Part shown: piece after piece, positions 10,187 through 20,148 of the stretch | Layout of the letters: the number at the start of each line of letters is the position of its first letter | How positions within the stretch are numbered: position 1 is the stretch's first letter | From: Abditibacteriaceae bacterium | Lineage (GTDB): Bacteria; Armatimonadota; Abditibacteriia; Abditibacteriales; Abditibacteriaceae | Assembly (NCBI GenBank): GCA_965277285.1 | Contig: OZ255721.1 | Coordinates: 1,504,001 to 1,568,000, forward strand | DNA length: 64,000 bases | Direction of reading: 5' to 3' | Notes under the pieces: model-generated | Seen by the model: only the letters and a program-made list of their open reading frames with translations | The model's database searches: none | What the model was told of the DNA's origin: nothing | Translations under genes and position numbers: made by a program

Positions 10187-11605
10187 TTAAACCGTTACGC
10201 CGCGCTCGATTTTCCATTTCGTGCCGTCGGTCGTGTCTTCTAAAACCACGCCCAAAGTTTTCAATTGATCGCGGATTTGGTCGGAGGTTTTCCAGTCGCG
10301 GCGTTCGCGCGCGGCGTTGCGCACACCAATTAAAACGTCCAGCAATTGCGGCGTCAGCGCGTCGCCGATTTCCTGCGCCTTGAAGGTGAAACCCAGCGTT
10401 TCCAGAGCGCGCCGCGCGGCTTGCGCGACTTCAATATCGTGCGTGCGATTCCATTCGCCGACGGCATCGAAAACTGCCGCAATCGCTTCGGGCGTGTTCA
10501 AATCGTCGCTCAAGGCCGCTTCAAATTGTTCGGCAAAATATGCCGCGTGGGAACCATTCGAGTACTCGATAGTCGCCGATTCGGTCGCCGATTCGTGTTC
10601 GAGCAACGCGTTTTCTAATCGCTGCCAGGCGCTTTTCGATTCTTCCAATTTCTTGGAGGAGTAATCCAATGGCGAGCGCGGATGCGTCATCAAAAACAGC
10701 AAGCGCCACACGTTGGCGTCCGCCAATTTGAGCGCGTCGCGCACTGTCAGGAAATTGCCCAGGCTTTTGCTCATCTTGCGGCCTTCAACGCGCAGTTCGC
10801 CGCAATGCCACCAGATTTTGGCGAAACTTTGGCCTTCGCCCAGAAAACTTTCGCTTTGCGCGACTTCATTTTCGTGATGCGGAAACACCAATTCGCGCGC
10901 GCCGCCGTGAATATCGAAGTTTGGTCCCAGAATATTCAACGCCATCGCCGAACATTCGATGTGCCAGCCCGGGCGACCGTTTCCATACGGCGATTCCCAC
11001 GACGGTTCGCCCGCTTTGGCGCCTTTCCACAAAGCGAAATCCAGCGGATCGTCTTTCAGTTCACCGGTCTCAACGCGTGCTCCGGCTTCCAGTTCTTCGG
11101 GTTTCTGGCCGGAAAGTTTGCCGTAATCTTCGTCTTTGGAAACATCGAAATAAACGTCGCCGCCTTTGGCATAAGCGAAACCTTTGTCTTCCAAGCCTTT
11201 GATCAAATCCAAAATCGGGATCATGTTATCCGAGACGCGCGGATATTCATGCGCCGGCAAAATGCCCAGAGCGCGCGTATCGTCCAGCGCTTCATCGGAA
11301 AAGCGCTTCGCCAAAGCCAAAGGTTCCTCGCCAGTTTCGCGCGCGCGATTGATGATTTTGTCTTCGACATCGGTCACGTTTTGGATGTGCTGGACGCGCA
11401 AACCGCGCGTTTCGAGTACTCGACGCAGCACGTCATACGCCATAAAAGCGCGCGCGTGGCCGATATGCAGCGCGTCGTAGGGCGTGACGCCGCAAACGTA
11501 AAGCGAAACCACGCCGGGTTCACGCGGCATCAATTCTTCGCGCGCGCGCGACAGCGTATTTTGCAGAAAAAGTGGGGTAGATAAAGAGAAATTTGAAATA
11601 GACAC
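10187..11605 (-). CDS. cysS: Cysteine--tRNA ligase
   Basis: LYVCGVTPYD, HIGH, GRPGWHIECSAM, FPHHENE, KMSKS. Confidence 0.98.
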   Translation of the reverse strand: MSISNFSLSTPLFLQNTLSRAREELMPREPGVVSLYVCGVTPYDALHIGHARAFMAYDVLRRVLETRGLRVQHIQNVTDVEDKIINRARETGEEPLALAKRFSDEALDDTRALGILPAHEYPRVSDNMIPILDLIKGLEDKGFAYAKGGDVYFDVSKDEDYGKLSGQKPEELEAGARVETGELKDDPLDFALWKGAKAGEPSWESPYGNGRPGWHIECSAMALNILGPNFDIHGGARELVFPHHENEVAQSESFLGEGQSFAKIWWHCGELRVEGRKMSKSLGNFLTVRDALKLADANVWRLLFLMTHPRSPLDYSSKKLEESKSAWQRLENALLEHESATESATIEYSNGSHAAYFAEQFEAALSDDLNTPEAIAAVFDAVGEWNRTHDIEVAQAARRALETLGFTFKAQEIGDALTPQLLDVLIGVRNAARERRDWKTSDQIRDQLKTLGVVLEDTTDGTKWKIERGVTV

Positions 11606-11670
11606 GCGCGCAAGTTTAGCGCAGATGAGCCACGTTGGAGAATCGCAAAACGCACAAACCCCGAGCGCAA

Positions 11671-13215
11671 TTAGAGAACGCGCGGCGCGTCATCAATGCC
11701 GTCGGCGGCCATCGAAAGCCCATCCGATTCCGAGGATGCGTTGTGTTGCGACGATCCGCTGGCTCCGTCTTGAACCGAATTGGCCGCCATAGGGAAAGGT
11801 CGACGCGACAAAACGTCTTGCATCAGCCCTTGCAAATGTTGATGCAACGGCTCATCGGTTTCATCGTGCACGTCTTCATCTTCGGAAAAGACGAACGAGT
11901 ACTCGCTTTCGAGTTCGCCCAGCTGCGCGTTTAGCACATTGGCATTTAGCACATTGGCGTTTAGCGCCGCTGAAGTTTGCGGCGATGCGTCATTGGCAGA
12001 AAGGTTAGCAACTTCAGGATTGGCAGCAGCGAGGATAGAACTCATGGTGCAGGCGCGGCACCAGCGGTCGGCGGCGCGTTCGCCAGTCGCAGCCGTGTTC
12101 GGCATCAGCGCCAGAAAACTCAGGCCCACAAACGGCGCATCGCTGAGCGTGACCACTTTGTCGGCCTTTCGGCAACTGCGACGCATCACAATCGCGGCGC
12201 CTTGCTCGGCTTGAGAACGTTCAGCTTCGTTCAAACGCGATGTCGCTTCGTTCCAGTTGGGAATGACGCACAACAACAAGGCGAATTCGCGCATTGTGCC
12301 ATTGTAGGTCATGTTTTCTTCGATCCAGCGCGACACAGCGCTCCACGCCAAAGGCAACGGCGGTGCGGGCAACGCGGTCTGCACAGGCGCTTCGCTTTCG
12401 ATGATGCGCCGCAGATGTTCGACGCCGCGCTTCACCAAATACGCCGCGTAGTTGACCGAAATTCCCATCTGCCGCGCGATTTCGGTCTTGGAATGCTCGC
12501 CATAATAAAACAAAGTCACGGCGCGCTGTTCCAGGTCGCGCAGTTGTGGAATCGCCGCGTTCAGCGTCAAGCGGTTTTCAACCGAAGTCGAAAGCGGTTC
12601 CAGCGCAGAATCGGTTTCATCGTAAGAATGCAATTTTGGCGCGCCGTTTTCGTCTTCGCTTTCGGTATCCAACGAAGTGACCGCCAAAACGTTGCCAGAA
12701 TCCAGTACGCGACGCACGACGTTCGTTTGCATATCGAGCGCGGAGGCGATTTCTTCTGCTTGCGGGGGACGCCCCAGTTTTTGAGTCAAATCGTCGGTGG
12801 CGCGCAAAATTTGTCCGCGCAATTCGGCGTGCCAGCCAGGTTCATGGATCATCTTGCCCAGGTCGCGCAGATAATGGCGCATTTCGCCAGCGATGAGGTG
12901 ACACGCATACGTCGAAAAACGGACGCCTTTGTCGGGATCGAAGCGATCAACGGCTTTGATCAGGCCGATGCTGCCTTCTTGGAGCAAGTCTTCCAAAGGT
13001 TCGCCAGACGACAGAAAAGTGCGCGCGCAATGATCGACGAGCGACGAATGCAGCAAAACCAGGTAGTCGCGCAAAGGCTGGCGATTGCCGCCGCGCAAGT
13101 CGTCCGCCGCGCCGCGCAAGCGCCGAAAATAATTGGCCACGCTGTCATCGCTGGCACGAACTGAGGGCAAGGGCAATGACGATTCTTGAAACGTTTCGGA
13201 AGGCAAAGTTTCCAT
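11671..13215 (-). CDS. Sigma-70 factor of SigB/SigF/SigG type with a long C-terminal extension
   Basis: EDLLQEGSIGLIKAVDRFDPDKGVRFSTYA (region 2) and a region-4 HTH (EIARQMGIS), followed by about 240 extra residues. Confidence 0.85.
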   Translation of the reverse strand: METLPSETFQESSLPLPSVRASDDSVANYFRRLRGAADDLRGGNRQPLRDYLVLLHSSLVDHCARTFLSSGEPLEDLLQEGSIGLIKAVDRFDPDKGVRFSTYACHLIAGEMRHYLRDLGKMIHEPGWHAELRGQILRATDDLTQKLGRPPQAEEIASALDMQTNVVRRVLDSGNVLAVTSLDTESEDENGAPKLHSYDETDSALEPLSTSVENRLTLNAAIPQLRDLEQRAVTLFYYGEHSKTEIARQMGISVNYAAYLVKRGVEHLRRIIESEAPVQTALPAPPLPLAWSAVSRWIEENMTYNGTMREFALLLCVIPNWNEATSRLNEAERSQAEQGAAIVMRRSCRKADKVVTLSDAPFVGLSFLALMPNTAATGERAADRWCRACTMSSILAAANPEVANLSANDASPQTSAALNANVLNANVLNAQLGELESEYSFVFSEDEDVHDETDEPLHQHLQGLMQDVLSRRPFPMAANSVQDGASGSSQHNASSESDGLSMAADGIDDAPRVL

Positions 13216-13301
13216 AAGAAAACCGTATAACAAAAGTCGAGTACTCGAAAGTCGAAAACTCGTCGTTTCAAACGCCTATTTCGGATGCCAGAGAAAACGC
13301 A

Positions 13302-13691
13302 TCAGAAAACGGCGGACGGAGAAGGCGCTGCTTGAAACGCGGCGAGTGAAAGGTAAATAACGACGGCGATGCCCAGTGCAATCAAGGCTGACGCCAAGAC
13401 TATGATACCCCAAAATGGCGGACGGTAATCGTCATTGTCAATAGCGCGACGCGCCAGTATCCAATTTCCCAGTGCAAACGGCATCATTGCCAAGCCAATT
13501 ACCGCAAAGAACAAGCCCAGATGAATCGCGTGCAAGTGCCCATGCACCAAAGTTGTTTGCGGCGTCATCGCACTTAAGCGCACGATAACAACACCAAAAC
13601 CCATCATCGCAACGGAAGTGCGCAGCCACGCCAGAAACGTCCTTTCGTTCGCTAAATGATCGGTGACGTGTCGCGCGCGTTCCATTGCCAC
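13302..13691 (-). CDS. DUF202/YidH family membrane protein
   Basis: DHLANERTFLAWLRT motif and three TM helices. Confidence 0.9.
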   Translation of the reverse strand: MAMERARHVTDHLANERTFLAWLRTSVAMMGFGVVIVRLSAMTPQTTLVHGHLHAIHLGLFFAVIGLAMMPFALGNWILARRAIDNDDYRPPFWGIIVLASALIALGIAVVIYLSLAAFQAAPSPSAVF

Positions 13692-13793
13692 AAGTTTAAC
13701 GCGTTTGCGAAATTAAAATATCGCACTCTGCACGATTTGTTTCATTAAGCTTTGTTGGCGCGACAAGTACATTGGCGACCACAAATACAACGC

Positions 13794-15023
13794 TCAACTT
13801 AATTCATCCATCGGCCCGATAGCCACAGTCGCGGCGCGCTCGAACGGCTTGACTTCGAGTACGCGATTGACATCTTCCAGCGAGACATCAAGCAGCAATT
13901 TCAAAGAATCATCCGCCGATTTTTCTTCGCCGCGATACATCCAATCGAAACCGACGGCGCGCAATCGTCCCATCGGCGTTTCCGCGCCCAAAACCGTGCT
14001 CGAAGCCATGCGTCGCTTGGCGCGCTCCACTTCTTCAGCTTTCAAACCGTTCGCGCACGCTTCGCCAATCACATTTTGAAAGACGTTCAAGGCTTCTCCA
14101 GCGCGCGCGGGATCGGCCAGAATGTATCCGTAAAACGTGCCATCGCCGTCGTTACCTTCGTGCCCGATTTGTGCGGCTTCGGCAATTCCCGGATGCACCA
14201 GCGACCAATACAAACGCGAACCATCGCCCGCACCAATCGCTTCGCAGGCGACCGCAGCCGCGTAACGTTTGGGGTCTTGCATCGCGTAGCCAGGTGCCAT
14301 CATCGCAATGTGAGCGCGATTGAACTTGTCGTTGCGCTGCACCTTGATTTGCTTTTCGGGCGAATGAGTACTCGATTCGCGCGGACTGTCGGCTGTGTTC
14401 CAATGGCCGCACAAAGTTTCGATTTGCGCGACCGCCGCGTCCCAATCGTAATCGCCGGTCATCACGAAGGTGAGATTATTGGCGGCGTAGCGGCGCGAAA
14501 AGTATTCGTGCATTTGATCGCGCTGCAGGTTTTTGATGCTGTCACTCGAACCTAAAATGCTGGCGCCCAGCGCGTGATTGCCGAAATAGGTTTCGCGCGC
14601 CAGATCGAAAACCGAAAACTGCGGGCGATCCTGATACATGGCAATTTCTTCCAAAATCACGTTCTTTTCCATGTCGAAATCTTCGTTGCGCAGTGAGGGA
14701 CGCATCATGTCGGAAAGCAAATCGAGCAGGCGATTTTGAAAACGCGGCAGCACGTTGCCGTAATAAACCGTGTTTTCTTCCGATGTGAAAGCGTTGTAGC
14801 GCGCGCCCATTTCATCGAACTCGCGGTTTACGTCTTCAGGACTGCGCTTGTCGCTGCCTTTGAACATCATGTGTTCCAAAAAGTGCGACACGCCATTAAT
14901 TTCCGGCGTTTCGTCGCGCGCGCCGGTTTTGACGAAAAACCCCGCCGCCACGCTGCGCGCGTTGTCCGAATGTTCGCCGACGAGAGTTAAACCATTAGAC
15001 AATTGATGTTTGTGACGTTGCAT
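13794..15023 (-). CDS. M16 family zinc peptidase
   Basis: HFLEH inverted zinc motif, NAFTSEE, EKNVILEEI. Confidence 0.95.
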   Translation of the reverse strand: MQRHKHQLSNGLTLVGEHSDNARSVAAGFFVKTGARDETPEINGVSHFLEHMMFKGSDKRSPEDVNREFDEMGARYNAFTSEENTVYYGNVLPRFQNRLLDLLSDMMRPSLRNEDFDMEKNVILEEIAMYQDRPQFSVFDLARETYFGNHALGASILGSSDSIKNLQRDQMHEYFSRRYAANNLTFVMTGDYDWDAAVAQIETLCGHWNTADSPRESSTHSPEKQIKVQRNDKFNRAHIAMMAPGYAMQDPKRYAAAVACEAIGAGDGSRLYWSLVHPGIAEAAQIGHEGNDGDGTFYGYILADPARAGEALNVFQNVIGEACANGLKAEEVERAKRRMASSTVLGAETPMGRLRAVGFDWMYRGEEKSADDSLKLLLDVSLEDVNRVLEVKPFERAATVAIGPMDELS

Positions 15024-15043
15024 ATTCGAGTACTCCAATTTAC

Positions 15044-15562
15044 TTATTGAGATCGGTAAATGAACCAGCCGTTTTCGATTTCCGAGTAGACAGTTGTGCC
15101 TCTCATTTTAGTTTGGTCGTAGTAAGCGGACGGCACGATTGTCATTGGAATCACAGGTTTTTGCGCCCAAGCGTAGCCGACCGTCCACGACGTGTCAGTG
15201 AATCCGCCAGCAAACACGATAAAACGACAAATATGGTGTTGATAGGCGATTGTATGAACGCCGCTTTGTTCCATTAACGCACGATATTGCACTTGGCGAT
15301 TTTTTGATATATCAACTTCCTTCCACTCATTTTTTCCAGTGATGACGATGTTGCGGCGCCCAAACGTGTCGCCCAAATAAGTCAGATTATCCTGGCGCGC
15401 CATCGAGACGAGAATTTGAAGCACGGCTTTATGTTGACGAAAATTCGCCAGCATTTGAGTTTCGTCGGGTGCGCTTCGAGAGCGGACAAAGAAAAACGCA
15501 ATCAGTGCGAGAACGGCTGGAAGTAACAACAGCAATATCAATCGCTTCGAGCCGCTTCTCAT
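15044..15562 (-). CDS. Membrane-anchored hypothetical protein (paralogue of 16055-16594)
   Basis: N-terminal TM helix; shares MLANF, GGF.DT.W..GY.W and SAYY...MR...VYS.IE..W.IY blocks with the paralogue. Confidence 0.7.
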   Translation of the reverse strand: MRSGSKRLILLLLLPAVLALIAFFFVRSRSAPDETQMLANFRQHKAVLQILVSMARQDNLTYLGDTFGRRNIVITGKNEWKEVDISKNRQVQYRALMEQSGVHTIAYQHHICRFIVFAGGFTDTSWTVGYAWAQKPVIPMTIVPSAYYDQTKMRGTTVYSEIENGWFIYRSQ

Positions 15563-15601
15563 GCTCTCAGTTTATCAGCCACTTCGAGTACTCGATGTTC
15601 G

Positions 15602-16021
15602 CTAAATCAACATTGAGGCAATATGACGCGGCAGATTCGTCGCTTCATCAATATCGCCTTCAAACGCTGCGCCATAATACGAGGCATCAACGCGAATTTT
15701 GCCAACGATCTGCGCGTTGAACTCGCCCAATTCTTCGGCTGGAACCCACAATTCCTGCAACGTCGAATTGCCGACAACTTGCACTTCGTAGCGCTTTAGA
15801 AACTCAGTCTCAACATCGAAAGCCGTAACAAAACCGCAAAAGTCGTCGCATTTGGTATTCCATTCGCGTGCGATGCGTTGCGCATAAGCGAAGTTGAGAA
15901 CCGGATACAAGATCGGTTGTTCGAGCAATCGCGGTGGGAAAGTTGTCCATCCACTTTGCGCAATAAGTTCAAGTTCTTTCAAACCGACGGGACGAAAAAG
16001 CGTGGTCGTTTTCTCTGTCAT
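15602..16021 (-). CDS. Protein of the family usually annotated 'ADP-ribosylation/crystallin J1'
   Basis: LFRPVG.KEL.LI, FPPRL.EQPI.YPVLN..YA..IAREWN, ELWVPAEEL.EFN. Confidence 0.75.
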   Translation of the reverse strand: MTEKTTTLFRPVGLKELELIAQSGWTTFPPRLLEQPILYPVLNFAYAQRIAREWNTKCDDFCGFVTAFDVETEFLKRYEVQVVGNSTLQELWVPAEELGEFNAQIVGKIRVDASYYGAAFEGDIDEATNLPRHIASMLI

Positions 16022-16054
16022 GCCAAGAGTTTATCAGGCGCTTCGAGGACTCGA

Positions 16055-16594
16055 TTAGCGCGAGTTGTAGATATACCAATCTTTTTCTATGGGTGAGTAA
16101 ACAGCGGTATCGCGCATCTGCCCTTTGTAGTAGTAAGCAGAAGAGACAAGAGGCGTTGGCTTTGTTGGCGTCCACTCGTAACCAATTGACCAGGTTGTAT
16201 CTCCAAATCCGCCACCGAAAAAGTAAAAGCTGCAACTTGAACCATTTTCATCACAGCCCACACTTTGCACGCCGCATTGTTCCATCAATTGCTTATACTT
16301 CGCCAGACGTTTACTTGAAATTGCCGGGCCATCTTTCAAAGATGTAATTCCGCTCTTCTTATCGTAATGATCAAAGATTTCGTAAGGATCGCTATCGACG
16401 CCGTTCGTCCAGCGCATTTTATCTTCGCGTGCCATTTGGCTTAATTCGACAAGCGTCATTTTATTTTGATGAAAATTCGCCAGCATTCCCGCTTCGCTCA
16501 GCGCGCTCCGCGAATGCACAAGATGGAAGACAGCGAATGCCAGCAACGGCAAAAGCATGAGCGTGATGCGCAAAGGTTTCGGGCGGCCTTTCAT
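16055..16594 (-). CDS. Membrane-anchored hypothetical protein (paralogue of 15044-15562)
   Basis: Same conserved blocks as 15044-15562. Confidence 0.7.
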   Translation of the reverse strand: MKGRPKPLRITLMLLPLLAFAVFHLVHSRSALSEAGMLANFHQNKMTLVELSQMAREDKMRWTNGVDSDPYEIFDHYDKKSGITSLKDGPAISSKRLAKYKQLMEQCGVQSVGCDENGSSCSFYFFGGGFGDTTWSIGYEWTPTKPTPLVSSAYYYKGQMRDTAVYSPIEKDWYIYNSR

Positions 16595-16670
16595 GCGTTG
16601 ATTTTAGCTTATATCGAGTACTCGACGCACTTTTTGCGGCACTTTCGCGCTTCTCAAACGTCGTTTTCGC

Positions 16671-17783
16671 ATGACTTCCGTTCAAGCGCCGCTCTTTGAA
16701 ACGCCCGTCGAAAAGCCGAATTTGCCGCCGCATTTGCTCGATATTCAAACGATTTATCACGAGCCGAACGTCGAAAAATATCGGCGTGGGCGCGCGATTT
16801 TGGCGCGCTTTCCCGACGCCAAACGCATCGAAGTTCCCTCGCACTGGAACATTGCGGGTCTGCATGGAAACGAAGGTGAAAGCGAAAATTGGATCGCCAA
16901 CAAGCGCAACGTTCTGGTTTTGGGCGTGCGCAAAAGTTTGCAATTTCGCCCCAATGGTCGCAGCGCCGACTTCATCGCGCCCGGCCACACATCGGGCTGC
17001 GCTCTCGCTTGCGCGTATTGTTATGTGCCTCGCCGCAAAGGGTTCGCAAATCCGATCAGCACGTTCGTCAACATCGAACAAGTGATGCGCGCGATTGAGC
17101 GTCACGTTCAAAACCAGGGCGCGAAAACCCAACCGAACAGCGTGGACGCGCAGAGTTGGATTTACGAAATCGGCGAAAACAGCGATTGTTCAGTCGATGC
17201 CGCGATTTGCGACAACGTGCGCGATTTAGTCGAATTGTTTCGCAACTTCGAGTACTCGAAAGCGACGTGGGCGACCAAATATGTCAACCGCGATTTGTTG
17301 TCTTACGATCCGCGCGGCAAAACGCGTTTAAGGTTCAGTTTGATGCCGCAGGAAATCGCTAAAGTCGTGGATGTGCGAACCAGTCCAATGCACGAGCGCA
17401 TCGCGGCCATCAACGATTTCGTAGAAGCCGGTTACGAAGTGCATCTCAACTTTTCGCCGGTGATTTTGCACGATGGTTGGCAGCAGAATTATGCGCAGTT
17501 GTTTCAAGAAGTGGACGACGTTTTAAGCGACAAAGCTAAAGCGCAACTGGCGTGCGAAATCATTTTTCTGACGCACAACGCGCAATTGCACGAAGTCAAT
17601 TTGAAGTGGCATCCGCGCGCCGAAGAGTTGCTGTGGACGCCAGAAAATCAGGAAGCGAAGACGTCGCAAATGGGCGGCGAAAACGTGCGCTACAAGAGTG
17701 GTTTCAAAGGCCAGAACGTGCGCGCCTTTCGTGAACTTCTGGCGCAACATCTTCCATACTGCAACGTGCGCTATGCGTTTTGA
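16671..17783 (+). CDS. Spore photoproduct lyase-family radical SAM protein
   Basis: CALACAYC (CxxxCxxC), IGENSDCSVD, ATKYVN, RFSLMP, C-terminal VRYAF. Confidence 0.9.
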   Translation: MTSVQAPLFETPVEKPNLPPHLLDIQTIYHEPNVEKYRRGRAILARFPDAKRIEVPSHWNIAGLHGNEGESENWIANKRNVLVLGVRKSLQFRPNGRSADFIAPGHTSGCALACAYCYVPRRKGFANPISTFVNIEQVMRAIERHVQNQGAKTQPNSVDAQSWIYEIGENSDCSVDAAICDNVRDLVELFRNFEYSKATWATKYVNRDLLSYDPRGKTRLRFSLMPQEIAKVVDVRTSPMHERIAAINDFVEAGYEVHLNFSPVILHDGWQQNYAQLFQEVDDVLSDKAKAQLACEIIFLTHNAQLHEVNLKWHPRAEELLWTPENQEAKTSQMGGENVRYKSGFKGQNVRAFRELLAQHLPYCNVRYAF

Positions 17784-17867
17784 ACCACAGAGAACACAAA
17801 GAACACAGAGAAAGAAGATCAGTTTTTGAAACCCTCTTTCTCTGTGTTCTTTGCGTTCTCTGTGGTT
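17783..17867. repeat. Intergenic inverted repeat with 9-bp internal periodicity (AACCACAGAGAACACAAAGAACACAGAG family)
   Basis: Arms AACCACAGAGAACACAAAGAACACAGAGAAAGA and TCTTTCTCTGTGTTCTTTGCGTTCTCTGTGGTT between convergent genes. Confidence 0.8.
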
Positions 17868-18552
17868 AATCTTCTTTGGATAATTCTTGAGCGCGCAGGA
17901 AAACTGCGTCCATCATCGGCGCCGTCAGTTTGCCCGTAAACGTATTTTGCTGGCTGGGATGATAAGTTCCCAACAGCCACAATCGAGTACTCAACTGCGC
18001 TTCGGTTCCATGAGCAAAGCGCGGGCGAACTTTCAAATTGGTCATTCCGACCTCGCGCGTCGCATCGAACGCCGCATCAAAACCGATTTTGCCCAGGCCA
18101 ACCAGAACACGCAGTTGCGTCAACGTTTTTAATTCGCGTAGCAAATACGGGCGACAATTACGCAGTTCTTCCGGCAAAGGTTTGTTATCGGGCGGCGCAC
18201 ATCGCGCGGCAGCCGTAATAATCGCATCGTGCAATTGTAAACCATCGTTCAAATCGGTCGCGTCCGCTTGATTCGCTAGGCCGCAACGATGCAGCGATGC
18301 GAACAAAAACACGCCGGAATTATCGCCGGTAAACATGCGTCCTGTGCGATTGCTTCCATGCGCTCCGGGCGCCAAACCGACAATCGCAATGCGCGCATCA
18401 ACCTCGCCCAAAGCTGGAACCGGCTTCGCCCAATAACTGCAGCCAACATAACGTTTCGGCGGATTCTGCGCGACAGCTTCGCGCCACGCGACAAGGCGCG
18501 CACATTTGAAACAACCGACAACTTCGCTTTCGATATGTTGAAGTTCGTTCAT
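17866..18552 (-). CDS. Uracil-DNA glycosylase, family 5 (UdgB-type)
   Basis: C..C.RLV.WRE, GLAPGAHGSNRTGRMFTGD, RCAPPDNKP, YHPSQQNTFTG. Confidence 0.93.
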   Translation of the reverse strand: MNELQHIESEVVGCFKCARLVAWREAVAQNPPKRYVGCSYWAKPVPALGEVDARIAIVGLAPGAHGSNRTGRMFTGDNSGVFLFASLHRCGLANQADATDLNDGLQLHDAIITAAARCAPPDNKPLPEELRNCRPYLLRELKTLTQLRVLVGLGKIGFDAAFDATREVGMTNLKVRPRFAHGTEAQLSTRLWLLGTYHPSQQNTFTGKLTAPMMDAVFLRAQELSKED

Positions 18553-18560
18553 AAACGCAA

Positions 18561-18588
18561 GTAGGGGCGCATTGCAATGCGCCCCTAC
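18561..18588. repeat. GTAG-type REP, perfect 28-bp palindrome
   Basis: GTAGGGGCGCATTG|CAATGCGCCCCTAC. Confidence 0.8.
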
Positions 18589-18610
18589 AAAACAAATCGA
18601 GTACTCGAAA

Positions 18611-20038
18611 TTACTTTTTCTTCGGGCGATAAACGTGTGTCGCCTGGCCAAAAAATACTTCCGCCGATTCCATTACGGTTTCGCTCAGCGTCGGGTGCGG
18701 ATGAATGCTCAATTTTACATCGTCGGCGACGGCGCCCATTTCAATCGCTAAAACGCCTTCCGCGATCAATTCACCTGCGCCCGAACCGCAAATTCCTACA
18801 CCCAAAATGCGTTGCGTGCCCGGTTCAATCAACAACTTTGTCACGCCATCGTTGCGATCCAAAGTTGTTGCGCGACCAGAAGCGCCCCACGGAAAACGTG
18901 CGACTTCGACTTCGATGCCGTCACGCTTGGCTTCAGTTTCCGTCAAACCTGCCCACGCGATTTCAGGATCAGTGAAGACAACGGCGGGAATCGCGCGCGG
19001 CTCCCACGCGACTTTGTGACCGGCAATCGCTTCGACCGCCAAGCGACCTTCATGCGACGCTTTGTGCGCCAGCATCGGATCGCCCGCGATGTCACCAATC
19101 GCGTAAATCGTCGGCTCGGCGGTTTGACGTTGCGCGTTCACTTCGACAAAACCGCGCTTGTTCACGACGACTTGCGTGTTCTCTAATCCCAGATTTTGCG
19201 AATTCGGCGTGCGCCCGACGCTGATCAAAACGTTGTCGAAAAGCTGCGAGGCTTCGCCTTCTTTCAAGCTGGCGCCTTCAAAGTCGACGCGAATTCCGTC
19301 CGCTTCTTCTTTCAATGACAAAACTTTGGTTTCCAGCAACACGCGATGGAACATCGTTTCGACGCGCTTTTGCAGGATGTTGACAAGATCGCGGTCGGCT
19401 CCTGGCAGCAAACCGGAAGTCATTTCGACAACCGTCACTTCGCTGCCCAAACTGGTGTAAACCGTGCCCAATTCCAGCCCGATGTAACCGCCGCCGATGA
19501 CTAGTAACTTCTTGGGAATCGTTCGCAGTTCGAGCGCTCCGGTCGAATTCCAAATGCGTTCGCTGCCGATTTCAAAAGAGGGAATCTGCGCCGGACGTGA
19601 GCCTGTCGCCAATATCGAGTACTCGAATGACAACTTTTCGGTTTCGCCATCGGCTTTCTCAATTTGCAAGGTTTTGCCATCTAAAAACTGCGCGCGGCCT
19701 TTGATGTAGGTAATTTTGCGCGCTGTGGACAGTTGTCCCAAACCGCCTGTCATTTGCCCGACGACTTGGTTTTTCCAATCGCGCAGTTTGTTGATGTCGA
19801 TTTCTGGCGGCGCGAACTTCAAGCCGAAATGTTCGGCTTCTTTGGCTTCGTTCATCACTTTGGCGGCGTGCAAAAGTGCTTTCGATGGAATGCAGCCGCG
19901 ATAAAGGCAAACGCCGCCCGGATTTGGCTCCAGATCAATCAAGGTGACGTTCATTCCCAAGTCAGCCGCCAAAAAAGCGGCGGCATATCCGCCCGGCCCG
20001 CCACCAATGACTGCTAATTGTGTAGAGTTTTCGTTCAT
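18611..20038 (-). CDS. lpdA: Dihydrolipoamide dehydrogenase (E3)
   Basis: GGGPGGY, GGVCLYRGCIPSK, GGGYIGLE, HPHPTLSE. Confidence 0.97.
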   Translation of the reverse strand: MNENSTQLAVIGGGPGGYAAAFLAADLGMNVTLIDLEPNPGGVCLYRGCIPSKALLHAAKVMNEAKEAEHFGLKFAPPEIDINKLRDWKNQVVGQMTGGLGQLSTARKITYIKGRAQFLDGKTLQIEKADGETEKLSFEYSILATGSRPAQIPSFEIGSERIWNSTGALELRTIPKKLLVIGGGYIGLELGTVYTSLGSEVTVVEMTSGLLPGADRDLVNILQKRVETMFHRVLLETKVLSLKEEADGIRVDFEGASLKEGEASQLFDNVLISVGRTPNSQNLGLENTQVVVNKRGFVEVNAQRQTAEPTIYAIGDIAGDPMLAHKASHEGRLAVEAIAGHKVAWEPRAIPAVVFTDPEIAWAGLTETEAKRDGIEVEVARFPWGASGRATTLDRNDGVTKLLIEPGTQRILGVGICGSGAGELIAEGVLAIEMGAVADDVKLSIHPHPTLSETVMESAEVFFGQATHVYRPKKK

Positions 20039-20048
20039 AAAATAGTTA

Positions 20049-20143
20049 AACCACCAAGACACTAAGAACACCAAGGTGAAGCAGAGTTACTCATTGAGTA
20101 CTCAATTTGCTTCCTTCTTGGTGTTCTTAGTGTCTTGGTGGTT
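20049..20143. repeat. Inverted repeat, 9-bp periodic family, with TTGAGTACTCAA in its loop
   Basis: AACCACCAAGACACTAAGAACACCAAG ... CTTGGTGTTCTTAGTGTCTTGGTGGTT. Confidence 0.8.
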
Positions 20144-20148
20144 CCAAA

